From NCBI GenBank assembly GCA_038321985.1, contig JBBQFN010000004.1:295758-359757 (forward strand): a DNA stretch of 64,000 bases. The letters run 5' to 3'. Both the position numbers and the translations under genes were made by a program. Below the pieces are notes generated by a model. It was not told the origin of the DNA and made no database searches. It worked only from the letters and a program-made list of their open reading frames with translations. The first letter of the stretch is position 1. Each line of letters opens with the position of its first letter. Positions 51,496 to 62,056 of this stretch are shown here, piece after piece. The DNA comes from Cyanophyceae cyanobacterium (GTDB lineage: Bacteria > Cyanobacteriota > Cyanobacteriia > Cyanobacteriales > Laspinemataceae).

Positions 51496-52186
51496 CTAAT
51501 TGTCAGTCACTGGAGGAAAAACCGCCATCAATTCTTCCAAAGAGTTGACATCCATCAGCATTTCCCCTACTGTTTCTAATTGCTCCCGGTTCAACCGTTG
51601 CAAGTTAGCTTCCACTGCTTCAGAAACTTCCCCAAACCGACGCCGGATTTGGCGTTGAATGAGTTGTCGTGCTTCTTGCACTTTTCCTTCCTGTAAGATG
51701 TCTTGAACCCAAGGGGATTCCAATAATGCCTGGGTTGCAAAATTCAAGACTTTATCCACGATATTTTCTCCTAATACATAGCTAGAAAAAATTCCCAATA
51801 ATCGTTGTAAATCTTCCGAACGTTCTTCCCGTTGTAGTCGGACAGCGGCACGACGTAAGATAGTTTCATTTGCACCCCCTTTCATCACCGTTGCTAAAGG
51901 CAGTAGGGCCTTGAGTTCCGGTTGAAAGGCGACCTCGGCATCGATTTCCCAGAGGTTGATTACCTCGTAGTCTTGCCGTGCCTGTAGTCCCATAATAGTC
52001 GATTCATAGCGAGTGGGAATGGGGGTGTTGCCCGGTGGCGGAAAAATATTGACCACCATAGGATGCACGGGTAAATTATATTTTTCTTCTGCGAGTGCCG
52101 CATAAGCCCGAATCCGCACCGGCATCCGAGTATCGGGACGAAAAAAGTCCGATTAATCTCTTACTGCTAATATCTGCTTTACCCAT
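51496..52186 (-). pseudogene. Rpn/YhgA-like PD-(D/E)XK nuclease (DUF4351-type C-terminus), internally deleted and frameshifted
   Basis: The N-terminus MGKADISSKRLIGL (ATG 52186) joins out of frame, at a T6 run (52141-52146), to FRPDTRMPVRIRAYAALAEEKY...INLWE...RQIRRRFG. The expected D...ExQ catalytic segment is absent. Confidence 0.8.
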
Positions 52187-52442
52187 TGTTTTATGGCGGA
52201 TATTTACTGATATTATTCTAACCTAATTTATGCAATAAATCCATGATTTAGTCAGTAATTTATGTTATAAATTAACCTTAAATCACTAAGTCTAAATTCT
52301 GATAAAAGTTAAATTAAGAAGTGGGAGAATATTGCTCCCTATGATTGTAGCAAGGGAGCAAGATTTTCACACTTTTGGGAGTAATTATCCAATTCCTCCA
52401 AAACTGGCTCTATAATCATGAGGATTAAACCAGGAATCATTT

Positions 52443-54737
52443 ATGGCCTTAATCGATCAGGTTAAACAAGTCTGCGATCGCCTCGCGGACCAGGGATGGC
52501 GAGAATTACTGTTACGGCATGGGTTGGATATCACAGCGGCGAACCTGACAGCCGAATTGGGGAAAATTCTCCCGAACATCAACCGCAGTATTCCAGGATT
52601 TACAGATTTTGCCGATGAAGGGAATCGGGCGATCGCACCGGGTTCTCCTGCTCGAAGTTTACTCTATCATGCCCTAGCCTCTGCTCATGTCGTAGCTGGG
52701 GCTGATGGCAACGAATTAACCGCCTTTCCCACCCTCGCTGAGATTGAGGCAGTGGAAAACTACGTCTATGGTGTCCAGCCCCCTTCCTTAATAGAGTTGC
52801 GGGTACGGGCGAATTATGGACCCTTGGCGATCGCCGTCTTTGCATCCGAATACCGTCCCGCCTCGGATACTCCCCACCAGAAACACGCAGATTTATGCTT
52901 TTCCCGGACAGGGGTCGCCCGGGTGGGAACATTTGACGCCTTGTATGACAGCAAAAGTCGCGGGTTTTTACCCTTTGTAGAGGGTGATTTGCAAGCAATG
53001 CGGGTGATTCCAGCCCGATATAGTGCCTATATTGCCGTAATCCGTCGCGGCGATCGCCTGGGATATAAGCCGATGCGCGTTCGGGACGGAGACGATCGCC
53101 GCTTGTTCTGGTTCCCCTTACACAAACTGTTTAGCGGCAATGAATGCCTGCGCAATTTTAACTTAACCCTTAGCCTCGAAGCTAACCATATCAACGAAAA
53201 ACTCCGTCGCATCCATCTCCAACTGCAAAATCAAGGGTATGACACCGGCTGGAGTGAACCGGATATCAGCAACCCGCCCTTTATCTTTAGTGAAGGAATA
53301 GCAGAGTTCTCACTTAACCCCGATGATGGCATCGGAACTCTCACTCCAATCGTTCATCCCAACCTCGTGGAAGCTGCCGAATATCAGGGCCAACCCCTTA
53401 CCTATCAAGTCCCTAGCAACTATGGGTTAACCCTCTCATCCAGCCTGCTGATTCCCTCCGATAACGAAGCGAGACACGCGCCAGAATATGTACACGCCCG
53501 TCACCAAGTCTTACCGAATGGCACAGTCACTGACCTGAATGAACGCCCCAATGTTGCTGGTATAGTAGCCCAGGGGGGATACAATGCCTTACATTACCTC
53601 GATTTTACTGCCGATGGCTGGATTGAGGCCCTCTGTCCCGAATTAGCCATCCAAATCCCCCGAAGGGTTCCCGCTTATTCCCTCGTGAGTGCCCCAGATT
53701 ATTTCCCTACCTGCGATCAACGGCAACTGATGGATTGGTGGGAACAATCGGTACCAGAAGCGGTGAGAAACAGCATTTGGCGAATTCCCCCGGAAACCTT
53801 ATCCGATGAGCGAATGCCGCCAAATTTAGCCTTAACTGCAGCTGGATTTCGCCCGGAAGATGCCACCGTAACGGCGATCGTTTCCTTACCCGTTCAAGCC
53901 TTTGTGAGACAGCGCACCCTAGACCGTTCCTCCCTCCCTCGTCAGTCCTACCTCCCCGATGCGGCTGCTGGAATCTATGCGCCCGGATGGGATGTGAGCT
54001 TTGATCGCACTCCTGAAGGCTTAGATTTCTTAGCTGCTTATGGTCTTGGTAGTCCCTTCCCCGAAGATTCTAAACTTTGTGCCGCACTTAGTGCGTTTTG
54101 GCCTGCGGTATCTCCCGACTCTGCCCGCACCTTTGAACCCATGCGAAGTTGGCCCACCGTTAGCCCTCTCACCGATGCAGAAATCGGTCAAACCGGCGAA
54201 CTGCCTTGGGATGGTGTAACAGGACCGCGCTTAGTGCAATTGAGCGATCGCCTGGTAGTCGAATATGAGGCATTCGATCATGTCGATTACGTCACCAACG
54301 CCTTACAAGGTAAATTTACCTTAGCCCTAACTGGACAAGTAGATGTGCGAAAATACGAAGCCAGAGTGCTAACAATGGCTTATGTGTATCGCGCTTTAGG
54401 CATCCAAGAGGAGAAATACTTTCCTCCCGGACAGTCCGAGGCGCAAGACGCTGAGGCATTTGGGCGAATCGTTAATGAGAAATCTAAATGGGGGGTCCTA
54501 TCCTTCCGAGAAGTCACTCCAACGGAAACGGAACTGCAAGAGGCACAAACCCAAACCGGGAAACGCTTACGGGGAAAAATTTATCGATTTGAAATGTATC
54601 GTCATGGAAATATAACGACCCCGGAAGACGTTCGCAAACGCTGGGTAGAAATCCGGGAACGGGTAACCCTGTTTGTGGATGGACTGCGAGTGTTGATGAA
54701 ACGGGATTCCGGAGTCTGGGAATCGAAAAATGTGTGA
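52443..54737 (+). CDS. 764-aa protein of unknown function, candidate divergent LodA/GoxA-like CTQ quinoprotein
   Basis: Long intact ORF. AGIYAPGWD...PFPEDSKLCAALSAFWPAVSPD parallels the LodA-family GxFxPGxE...PWQxDxxxC...WWPxxRPD. Overlaps the downstream flavoprotein gene (ATGTGTGA). Confidence 0.6.
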   Translation: MALIDQVKQVCDRLADQGWRELLLRHGLDITAANLTAELGKILPNINRSIPGFTDFADEGNRAIAPGSPARSLLYHALASAHVVAGADGNELTAFPTLAEIEAVENYVYGVQPPSLIELRVRANYGPLAIAVFASEYRPASDTPHQKHADLCFSRTGVARVGTFDALYDSKSRGFLPFVEGDLQAMRVIPARYSAYIAVIRRGDRLGYKPMRVRDGDDRRLFWFPLHKLFSGNECLRNFNLTLSLEANHINEKLRRIHLQLQNQGYDTGWSEPDISNPPFIFSEGIAEFSLNPDDGIGTLTPIVHPNLVEAAEYQGQPLTYQVPSNYGLTLSSSLLIPSDNEARHAPEYVHARHQVLPNGTVTDLNERPNVAGIVAQGGYNALHYLDFTADGWIEALCPELAIQIPRRVPAYSLVSAPDYFPTCDQRQLMDWWEQSVPEAVRNSIWRIPPETLSDERMPPNLALTAAGFRPEDATVTAIVSLPVQAFVRQRTLDRSSLPRQSYLPDAAAGIYAPGWDVSFDRTPEGLDFLAAYGLGSPFPEDSKLCAALSAFWPAVSPDSARTFEPMRSWPTVSPLTDAEIGQTGELPWDGVTGPRLVQLSDRLVVEYEAFDHVDYVTNALQGKFTLALTGQVDVRKYEARVLTMAYVYRALGIQEEKYFPPGQSEAQDAEAFGRIVNEKSKWGVLSFREVTPTETELQEAQTQTGKRLRGKIYRFEMYRHGNITTPEDVRKRWVEIRERVTLFVDGLRVLMKRDSGVWESKNV

Positions 54738-55755
54738 GGTTGACGTAGCGATCGCCGGGAGTGGTCCGGGAGGAACTGCTGCCGCCATTGTCCTCGCCCA
54801 GCAAGGGTTCCGAGTAGCGATCGCCGAAGCAGAATCCTTCCCCCGCGATCGTCCCGGGGAAACCCTCCACCCCGGCATCGAACCTCTATTATAGCAGTTA
54901 GGAGTCGGCAGATGCCTCTTAGCTGCCGGATTCCTGCGTCATCCCGGAAACTGGATACAATGGGAGAGTTCTCCCCGGTTTGAACCCTTCGGGTCCGATG
55001 AAACGGGACCTTGGCAAGGATTTCAGGCATGGCGGGCGGATTTTGATACAATGTTGCGCGATCGGGCGATGGAGTTAGGCGTCGAAGTCCGCCAACCCTG
55101 CCGCGCCTTACATCCAATTGTTAGCCAAAACCGAGTGACAGGAATCGCTACCAACCAAGGTGAAATCAAGGCGAAAATTGCAGTCGATGCCACTGGTAGC
55201 AGACAGTGGTTAGCCAAACAATTAAAGTTAGCAATTAACCTATTTTCTCCTCCTTTAATCGCCCATTATGGCTATGTACAAGGAGACTGTCCCATGCGAG
55301 ATCATGCACCGGCGATCGTAGCCAGCGACTCGGGATGGATTTGGACCGCCAAAGTCAGACCTCAACTCTACCAATGGACTCGCCTTGATTTCACTAACAA
55401 ACCCCTAGAAAAAAACTGGCAACCCCCCGAATTTCAAACCCTAAAACCCTGGGGAAAAACTGCCGTTGCCGATGTCACCTGGAGACAAGTTTCTCCCCCC
55501 GCAGGACCCGGCTATTTTCTAGTGGGAGATGCCGCAACCGTTCTAGATCCAGCCTCATCTCATGGCGTTTTAAAAGCAATTATGTCCGGAATAATGGCCG
55601 CCCATTTAATTACTCAACTCTTGCGAGGGAAAGCCTTTGAGCGTCAAGTAATGGTAGGATACAGTCAGTGGATGGAGACTTGGTTTCAGAAAGATATTGA
55701 ATCGTTAAAAACCCTTTACGCCTTATTGCCAAATGCCCCCGATTGGGTAAGATAA
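54730..55755 (+). pseudogene. LodB/GoxB-like FAD-dependent oxidoreductase interrupted by one in-frame TAG
   Basis: MCEVDVAIAGSGPGGTAAA (GxGxxG) ...RPGETLHPGIEPLL* with TAG at 54892-54894, then in frame QLG...RADFD...VDATG...GDAATVLDPASSHG. Confidence 0.88.
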
Positions 55756-55803
55756 GAGAGAACAATACCACCAAGGTAGATTATTATAAAATTTATCACA
55801 GGA

Positions 55804-56253
55804 GTGAACGATTCAATGACTATCAGCAACCATTTTATTGACATTGAAACCCCACCAGGAATCAGCATTCATAACCTAAATCCCTACATCAAAGACTTAC
55901 TAGAGGTAAATCCGGTTAAAAATGGTTATGTTCTGGTATTTGCTCGACATACCACAACCGCTTTATTTATTAACGAGTACGAAGAAAGATTGCTGCATGA
56001 TATCACGGTCTATTTAGAAAAATTAGCCCCTCCCGATGCCAAATATCTCCATAACGATTTGCATCTGCGCGTCGTCCCTCCCGATGAACCCATCAACGGA
56101 CATTCCCATCTGATGGCAATCACCCTCAACAATAGCGAATACATTCCTATCGTGGAGGAAAATTTAGCCTTGGGGACTTGGCAATCGGTGATGTTAATTG
56201 ATTTAGATGGACCCCGAAAACGTAACCTGCTGATTCAAATTTGCGGGGAATAA
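55804..56253 (+). CDS. yjbQ: YjbQ/UPF0047 family protein
   Basis: HTTTALFINE, YLHND, NGHSHL and LGTWQSV...DLDGPRKR. Confidence 0.92.
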   Translation: MNDSMTISNHFIDIETPPGISIHNLNPYIKDLLEVNPVKNGYVLVFARHTTTALFINEYEERLLHDITVYLEKLAPPDAKYLHNDLHLRVVPPDEPINGHSHLMAITLNNSEYIPIVEENLALGTWQSVMLIDLDGPRKRNLLIQICGE

Positions 56254-56360
56254 AAGAGACCCAAAAAATGCGGGGTTTCTGCCGGTGAGCTAAACTGCTG
56301 AAAAGTCTATAAAAACCCTTCTGAAACTCCAGATCCTCTCTGAATTTAGAAACCTTTATT

Positions 56361-56570
56361 TTGAAATTTGTCAGAATCTCCTCGCTTAAGGATTGTTGCG
56401 ATCGCACTTACAACCGCCTCACTCAAGATTACCAACCTTTCCACCGCCTCTGTCGTTTCTTTCGAGATGAATATAACAACAATATCCACATTCGTAGTCT
56501 AATTTTTGAACTGGAGCACAACCTCAAAGAAGCCGGTTATTTACTTCTGGAATCTTTAAAGTTATTATAA
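56361..56570 (+). pseudogene. McrC-like restriction subunit remnant
   Basis: YNRLTQDYQPFHRLCRFF resembles the McrC central RLNxxYxxxHxLCRFF segment. It is fused directly to a C-terminal-like IHIRSLIFELEHNLKEAG. Confidence 0.55.
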
Positions 56571-56661
56571 AGGTTTAACTCAAATCAGCTTTGAGTTTTA
56601 GAAGTTAGCTTGATGCGTATGACCCCAACCCTCCCCAATTTACCCTCAAAAATTTAGCTTT

Positions 56662-57339
56662 ATGTTTGAACAACAACCCGAGACCCTGCGGCAAAAAGTC
56701 CAGAAATTAGCCAGCCAATCCCTGACACAATCCGACCCCTCGGGATGGTTTGATATTTTATATGCCGAAGCCCAAGGAGATCCCCGACAAGTGCCTTGGG
56801 CAAAATTGACCCCTCATCCGGCCCTGGAAAGTTGGTTGAGCGATCGCGCGATTACCGGAGAAGGTCGTCCGGCGCTGGTGATTGGTTGTGGATTGGGCGA
56901 TGATGCGCAAGCCCTAGCAGACCGAGGATTTGAGGTCACTGCCTTTGATATTTCCCCGACAGCAGTCGCTTGGTGCCAAGAAAGATTTCCTGATTCCTCT
57001 GTCCATTACTGCGTCGCCGACTTATTTAACTTAGACCCGGCATGGCGAGGTCAGTTTGATTTAATCGAAGAATGTCGCAACATCCAAGCCTTACCCCTGA
57101 ACGTGCGATCGCAAATCATGGGAGCGATCGCCCCCTTAGTTGCACCGGGGGGAACCCTGCTGATCATCACCCGCCATCGCGACAATAACAGCGAAACCGA
57201 TGGTCCACCCTGGCCCCTCTGTGACAGTGAACTTGCGGAATTTCAGAACTGGGGGTTAGCTGAAATTCAGCGTCACGAATTTTTTGATGCCGATAATACG
57301 ATAAAACAACTAAGGGTGGAATATCGGCGATCGCAATAG
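56662..57339 (+). CDS. Class I SAM-dependent methyltransferase (TPMT-like)
   Basis: GWFDILY...VPWA, ALVIGCGLGDDA, AFDISPTA and GPPWPL. Confidence 0.9.
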   Translation: MFEQQPETLRQKVQKLASQSLTQSDPSGWFDILYAEAQGDPRQVPWAKLTPHPALESWLSDRAITGEGRPALVIGCGLGDDAQALADRGFEVTAFDISPTAVAWCQERFPDSSVHYCVADLFNLDPAWRGQFDLIEECRNIQALPLNVRSQIMGAIAPLVAPGGTLLIITRHRDNNSETDGPPWPLCDSELAEFQNWGLAEIQRHEFFDADNTIKQLRVEYRRSQ

Positions 57340-57370
57340 ATCGCTTGCTTTCATTGCGGATTGATTCCCC

Positions 57371-57416
57371 AACCCCCTTAATAAGAGGGGCTTAGGAGAT
57401 TTATGCAAGAGGTCTA
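57371..57416. repeat. Cyanobacterial short dispersed repeat / MITE half-element
   Basis: CCCCTTAATAAGAGGGG hairpin followed by TGCAAGAGGTCTA. No partner end is visible. Confidence 0.35.
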
Positions 57417-57504
57417 ATATAGGGGCGATTCCCTGGGATGTGGTTACATTTATGCTTTAATGTTAGATATTGCGTCAGTCCTGATCTTCTCAGAGGTATC
57501 TACC

Positions 57505-58566
57505 ATGACCTCAAAACCCGAAGCGATTATCGGGTGTGTTCTGGGGACTGCGGTGGGAGATGCGTTTGGACTTCCCTGGGAAGGTCTATCCAGACAACGG
57601 CAATACCGGATGCAGCCCGATTTGATTCAGTACCATTTCTTCTTCGGTAAAGGGATGGTTTCCGATGACACCGAACATATTTGTATGGTGGCGCAATCTC
57701 TGCTCGTTTCTGGAGGGGATGTCCGGCGATTCACCAAAGCGCTAGGTTGGCGGTTGCGATGGTGGTTACTTCCTTTACCTGCTGGTGTGGGTCTTGCGAC
57801 GTTAAAGGCGATCGCCAGGTTGTGGCTGGGATTTCCAACCTCTGGGGTTTTCTCGGCTGGAAATGGTCCAGCGATGAGAAGTGCGATTATTGGGGTGTGT
57901 TATGGGAATGATTTGCCCACATTACAGGAATTTGTCAGAGCTTCTACTCGATTGACCCATACGGACCCCAAGGCAGAATATGGAGCAATGGCTGTGGCGA
58001 TCGCCGCTTATTGTGCCACAAAAGCAGAGGTGATTTCTGGCAATGACTATTATCAAACCTTAGAACAGAGTCTTCCACCGGAGGCCGGCGAATTTTTGCA
58101 CCTGATCCGACAAGCTGGTAACAGTGTTGCACAAGGCCAGGATACCCAAAGCTTTGCCACACAGTTAGGACTGGGGAAAGGAGTCAGCGGCTACATTTAC
58201 CACACTGTCCCAGTGGTCATCCATGCCTGGTTAAGTCACCAGAGAGATTATCGCCGTGGGGTAATAGAGATTGTGCGCTGTGGCGGGGATACGGACACCA
58301 CCGCTGGGATACTGGGTGCAATTATAGGTGCCGGTGTCGGAGAAAAAGGGATTCCCGAACGCTGGATCAATCATTTGTGGGAAGGGCCCAGAACCGTTGG
58401 GTGGATGAGAGACTTGGGTAATCGACTAGCTGTGGCCTGCGATCTCGGCATCCGGGAACGTCCTGTACCCCTAGCACTGTATGGAATTGGAATCATTCCC
58501 AGGAATTTATTTTTTTTAGTCGTCGTTATTCTCCACGGATTTCGGCGCTTACTGCCGCCATATTAA
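57505..58566 (+). CDS. ADP-ribosylglycohydrolase family protein
   Basis: GTAVGDAFGLPWE, VSDDTE, GNGPAMR, THTDP and GGDTDTTAG. SD GAGGT precedes ATG 57505. Confidence 0.93.
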   Translation: MTSKPEAIIGCVLGTAVGDAFGLPWEGLSRQRQYRMQPDLIQYHFFFGKGMVSDDTEHICMVAQSLLVSGGDVRRFTKALGWRLRWWLLPLPAGVGLATLKAIARLWLGFPTSGVFSAGNGPAMRSAIIGVCYGNDLPTLQEFVRASTRLTHTDPKAEYGAMAVAIAAYCATKAEVISGNDYYQTLEQSLPPEAGEFLHLIRQAGNSVAQGQDTQSFATQLGLGKGVSGYIYHTVPVVIHAWLSHQRDYRRGVIEIVRCGGDTDTTAGILGAIIGAGVGEKGIPERWINHLWEGPRTVGWMRDLGNRLAVACDLGIRERPVPLALYGIGIIPRNLFFLVVVILHGFRRLLPPY

Positions 58567-58571
58567 GCCAC

Positions 58572-58606
58572 AAAAAAACGCGAGAAGCTGGATTAGCGTC
58601 TCGCGT
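58572..58606 (-). terminator. Rho-independent terminator of prk
   Basis: ACGCGAGA...TCTCGCGT stem preceded by an A7 run, which is a U-tract on the minus strand. Confidence 0.65.
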
Positions 58607-58639
58607 CGATTGATGGGCGGAAATTTCAAACTAGCAACT

Positions 58640-59644
58640 TTACACCTTCGCTGCTACCTTAGCTTCCTTAGAAGTTAAGCGTTCGTAAGCCGCCCGCATC
58701 TTCAGACCCGTGAGCACTTGGAACAGACCCGTGCCATTGTTAGAACCTGGATAGTCTCGGTGCTGGAGCAACAGTTCGCTCAATTCACCGTAAAACTTAG
58801 TAGAGGTATTGCTGAGGTGACTTTCAATGTAAATCATCTCCTCTAAATTCTCGAATTGCCCGTCTACTTCTAGAATCGAGACTTCGTGACCCTCAAAAGC
58901 ATCAGGGCCGTAGTACATTTTAATTCCGGGGTAGGAACAAGTCAGTTTGCGTCCACAAGGAGTCCAATTAATGGTCGAACCCTCATCAAACAAATAGACT
59001 GGATCCATTCCGTGAACCCCGTAGCGTTGAATCATCTGCACACGCAGCACTTTCCGCTCCTTGTCATCGGGGATTAAGTTAGTTGGTAAAACCCGGATGA
59101 CTACATCGGCATGAGCTTTTTGCGGTTCAATGTAGGCGCTAAAGTCGGGGCGACGGGAGTTAATAGATGCTAAAACATCTTCATAACGGTGACCCCGTTC
59201 TGCCATGTCCCGCTGAATTTTCCAGGCAATCTTCACCTCATCACTGATATCAAGGTAGACGCTGAAATCAAGCAGGGAACGCACCCGCTCATCATAAATA
59301 GGATGAAGCCCCTCAATCACGATAATATGATTCGGTTCCACCCGTTCGGGTGGATCGATCATGCCAGTTTCGTGGTTATAGATGGGCTTGTTCACCCCCT
59401 GACCGTTCTTTAGCGCTTTTACCTGTTCATACATCAAGTCAAAATTATTCGCTCTTGGGTCAAGCGCTGTGACTCCATGCTCTTTGCGCTGCTTGCGATC
59501 TAAACTGTGATAGTCATCCAAACAGATGACCGTCATCAGTTCTTCTCCAAACAGGTCTTTCAGTCGGTGCAGGAATGTCGATTTGCCGCATCCGGAGTCT
59601 CCGGCAACACCAATTAGAACCACGCTTTCCGGCTTACTGGTCAT
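58640..59644 (-). CDS. prk: Phosphoribulokinase
   Basis: IGVAGDSGCGKST, CLDDYHSLDR, KIQRDMAERGH and PCGRKLTCS. Confidence 0.98.
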   Translation of the reverse strand: MTSKPESVVLIGVAGDSGCGKSTFLHRLKDLFGEELMTVICLDDYHSLDRKQRKEHGVTALDPRANNFDLMYEQVKALKNGQGVNKPIYNHETGMIDPPERVEPNHIIVIEGLHPIYDERVRSLLDFSVYLDISDEVKIAWKIQRDMAERGHRYEDVLASINSRRPDFSAYIEPQKAHADVVIRVLPTNLIPDDKERKVLRVQMIQRYGVHGMDPVYLFDEGSTINWTPCGRKLTCSYPGIKMYYGPDAFEGHEVSILEVDGQFENLEEMIYIESHLSNTSTKFYGELSELLLQHRDYPGSNNGTGLFQVLTGLKMRAAYERLTSKEAKVAAKV

Positions 59645-60304
59645 AGATTTCCTCTATCGATCTTGCTCTTTGTACCTATGCTACGGTTTATTGCGTATTA
59701 AAAGACAATAAAATTGATTCTATCTTGACATACAGCGTGTAACTTTACTTGATTGGGTGAATCCTCCGAGCCTAGAATGGGCTGGAGACCGGGGATCAAA
59801 ATCAGCTCTAAGTCTGATTTGGCATAACTTTGGGGAGTTATCAGCAGTTTTGAAGAGGAGCTTTAGCCCCTTGATCCCCCGGAGTTTGGAGTCCGAGCAT
59901 CACGCCCCTGGATATCCCTGAATTCGTCCGGGGAGCAAGCCCCTGGATTGTAAAGGAAAGCCTCCCTGAAACCCGGGACCTACCCTCACCCAGAAAACCT
60001 CCCGGGAGGCTACCAGAACCCGTGACTGTCGAGAAGAAATCCCCCCGGGCTATTCCCCAGTGCCGACTCGAATATGCCCTAACGCTTTACCCTTGCTTTC
60101 TTCTCCACAAGGTCTGTACGGGGACATCGGGCTGTAATCTAGATAATAGTCTTTTAAAGATCCCCTCATTCTCAAGGATAAGGGGGTAATTATCACCGGA
60201 CAACGGGAAGAGAAAGGGCGATCGCAAAAATCGGCGATCGGCAACTGGCTCCCACAGCCAGCAGCAGGAATTTCTCAACCCCTTGCTCGCAAACAGTTCT
60301 TTGA

Positions 60305-61549
<1,245 letters not shown>

Positions 61550-61594
61550 GGTTTACCTGGCGATCGCTACTTAATTTCTGCTTTATTTCTACGT

Positions 61595-61630
61595 GAGGGG
61601 GAGGTCTTTATCGGCCTCCCCCTCTTTATT
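61595..61630 (+). terminator. Terminator of petH
   Basis: GAGGGGGAGGTC-TTTATC-GGCCTCCCCCTC followed by TTTATT. Confidence 0.7.
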
Positions 61631-62056
61631 GGGAGCCAGGAGCTAAAATTAAAATTTGCTTTAATCCAGACCCTGATAAAGGGTATGAAGATTTAGATTT
61701 TTTGTGGGGACAGGCGCTTCGGTCGGTACAGTTTCCTGAGTTAATTTTATCTGTGAATCCGGCACTTTTTTCCCCGCTTGGGTAAGATTTAATAGGGGAA
61801 GAAGTCCAGGGACAAAAGAGAGAAAACCGGGCCGATCGCCTTGCACCGCAATTACGAGAAATGGGGATAGATTCGGATACAGTTTAGGCCAAGTTAGAGG
61901 CGATCGCCTGTTGTAAAGGTGTAATTTTTCACGCCTCATCGGTGATCTCTCCTCTTTCCCCAAGGGTGGCGATCGCCAATTTTTCGGAGTCATTAGGGCG
62001 ACTGGAGAGCCAGATGGCTGTAAAAATGGTAAGTTAGTCGGTTATGGATTAGAATC

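Noticed and set aside
54730..55755. Flavin-dependent halogenase call, or pyrrolysine recoding of the TAG
   Set aside because: GWIWTAK only partly matches the WxWxIP halogenase motif, and the size and context fit LodB-like proteins better. No pyl genes are in the window, so recoding is unsupported.
57505..59644. The convergent ADP-ribosylglycohydrolase and Prk both start MTSKPE
   Set aside because: The codons differ (ATGACCTCAAAACCCGAA versus ATGACCAGTAAGCCGGAA), so this is treated as coincidence.
59672..59684. GTA...TAC near prk/petH as an NtcA site
   Set aside because: The spacing is N7, not N8.
61661..61993. 110-aa minus-strand ORF between petH and hom
   Set aside because: HIP1-rich intergenic sequence with no recognisable domain or SD.
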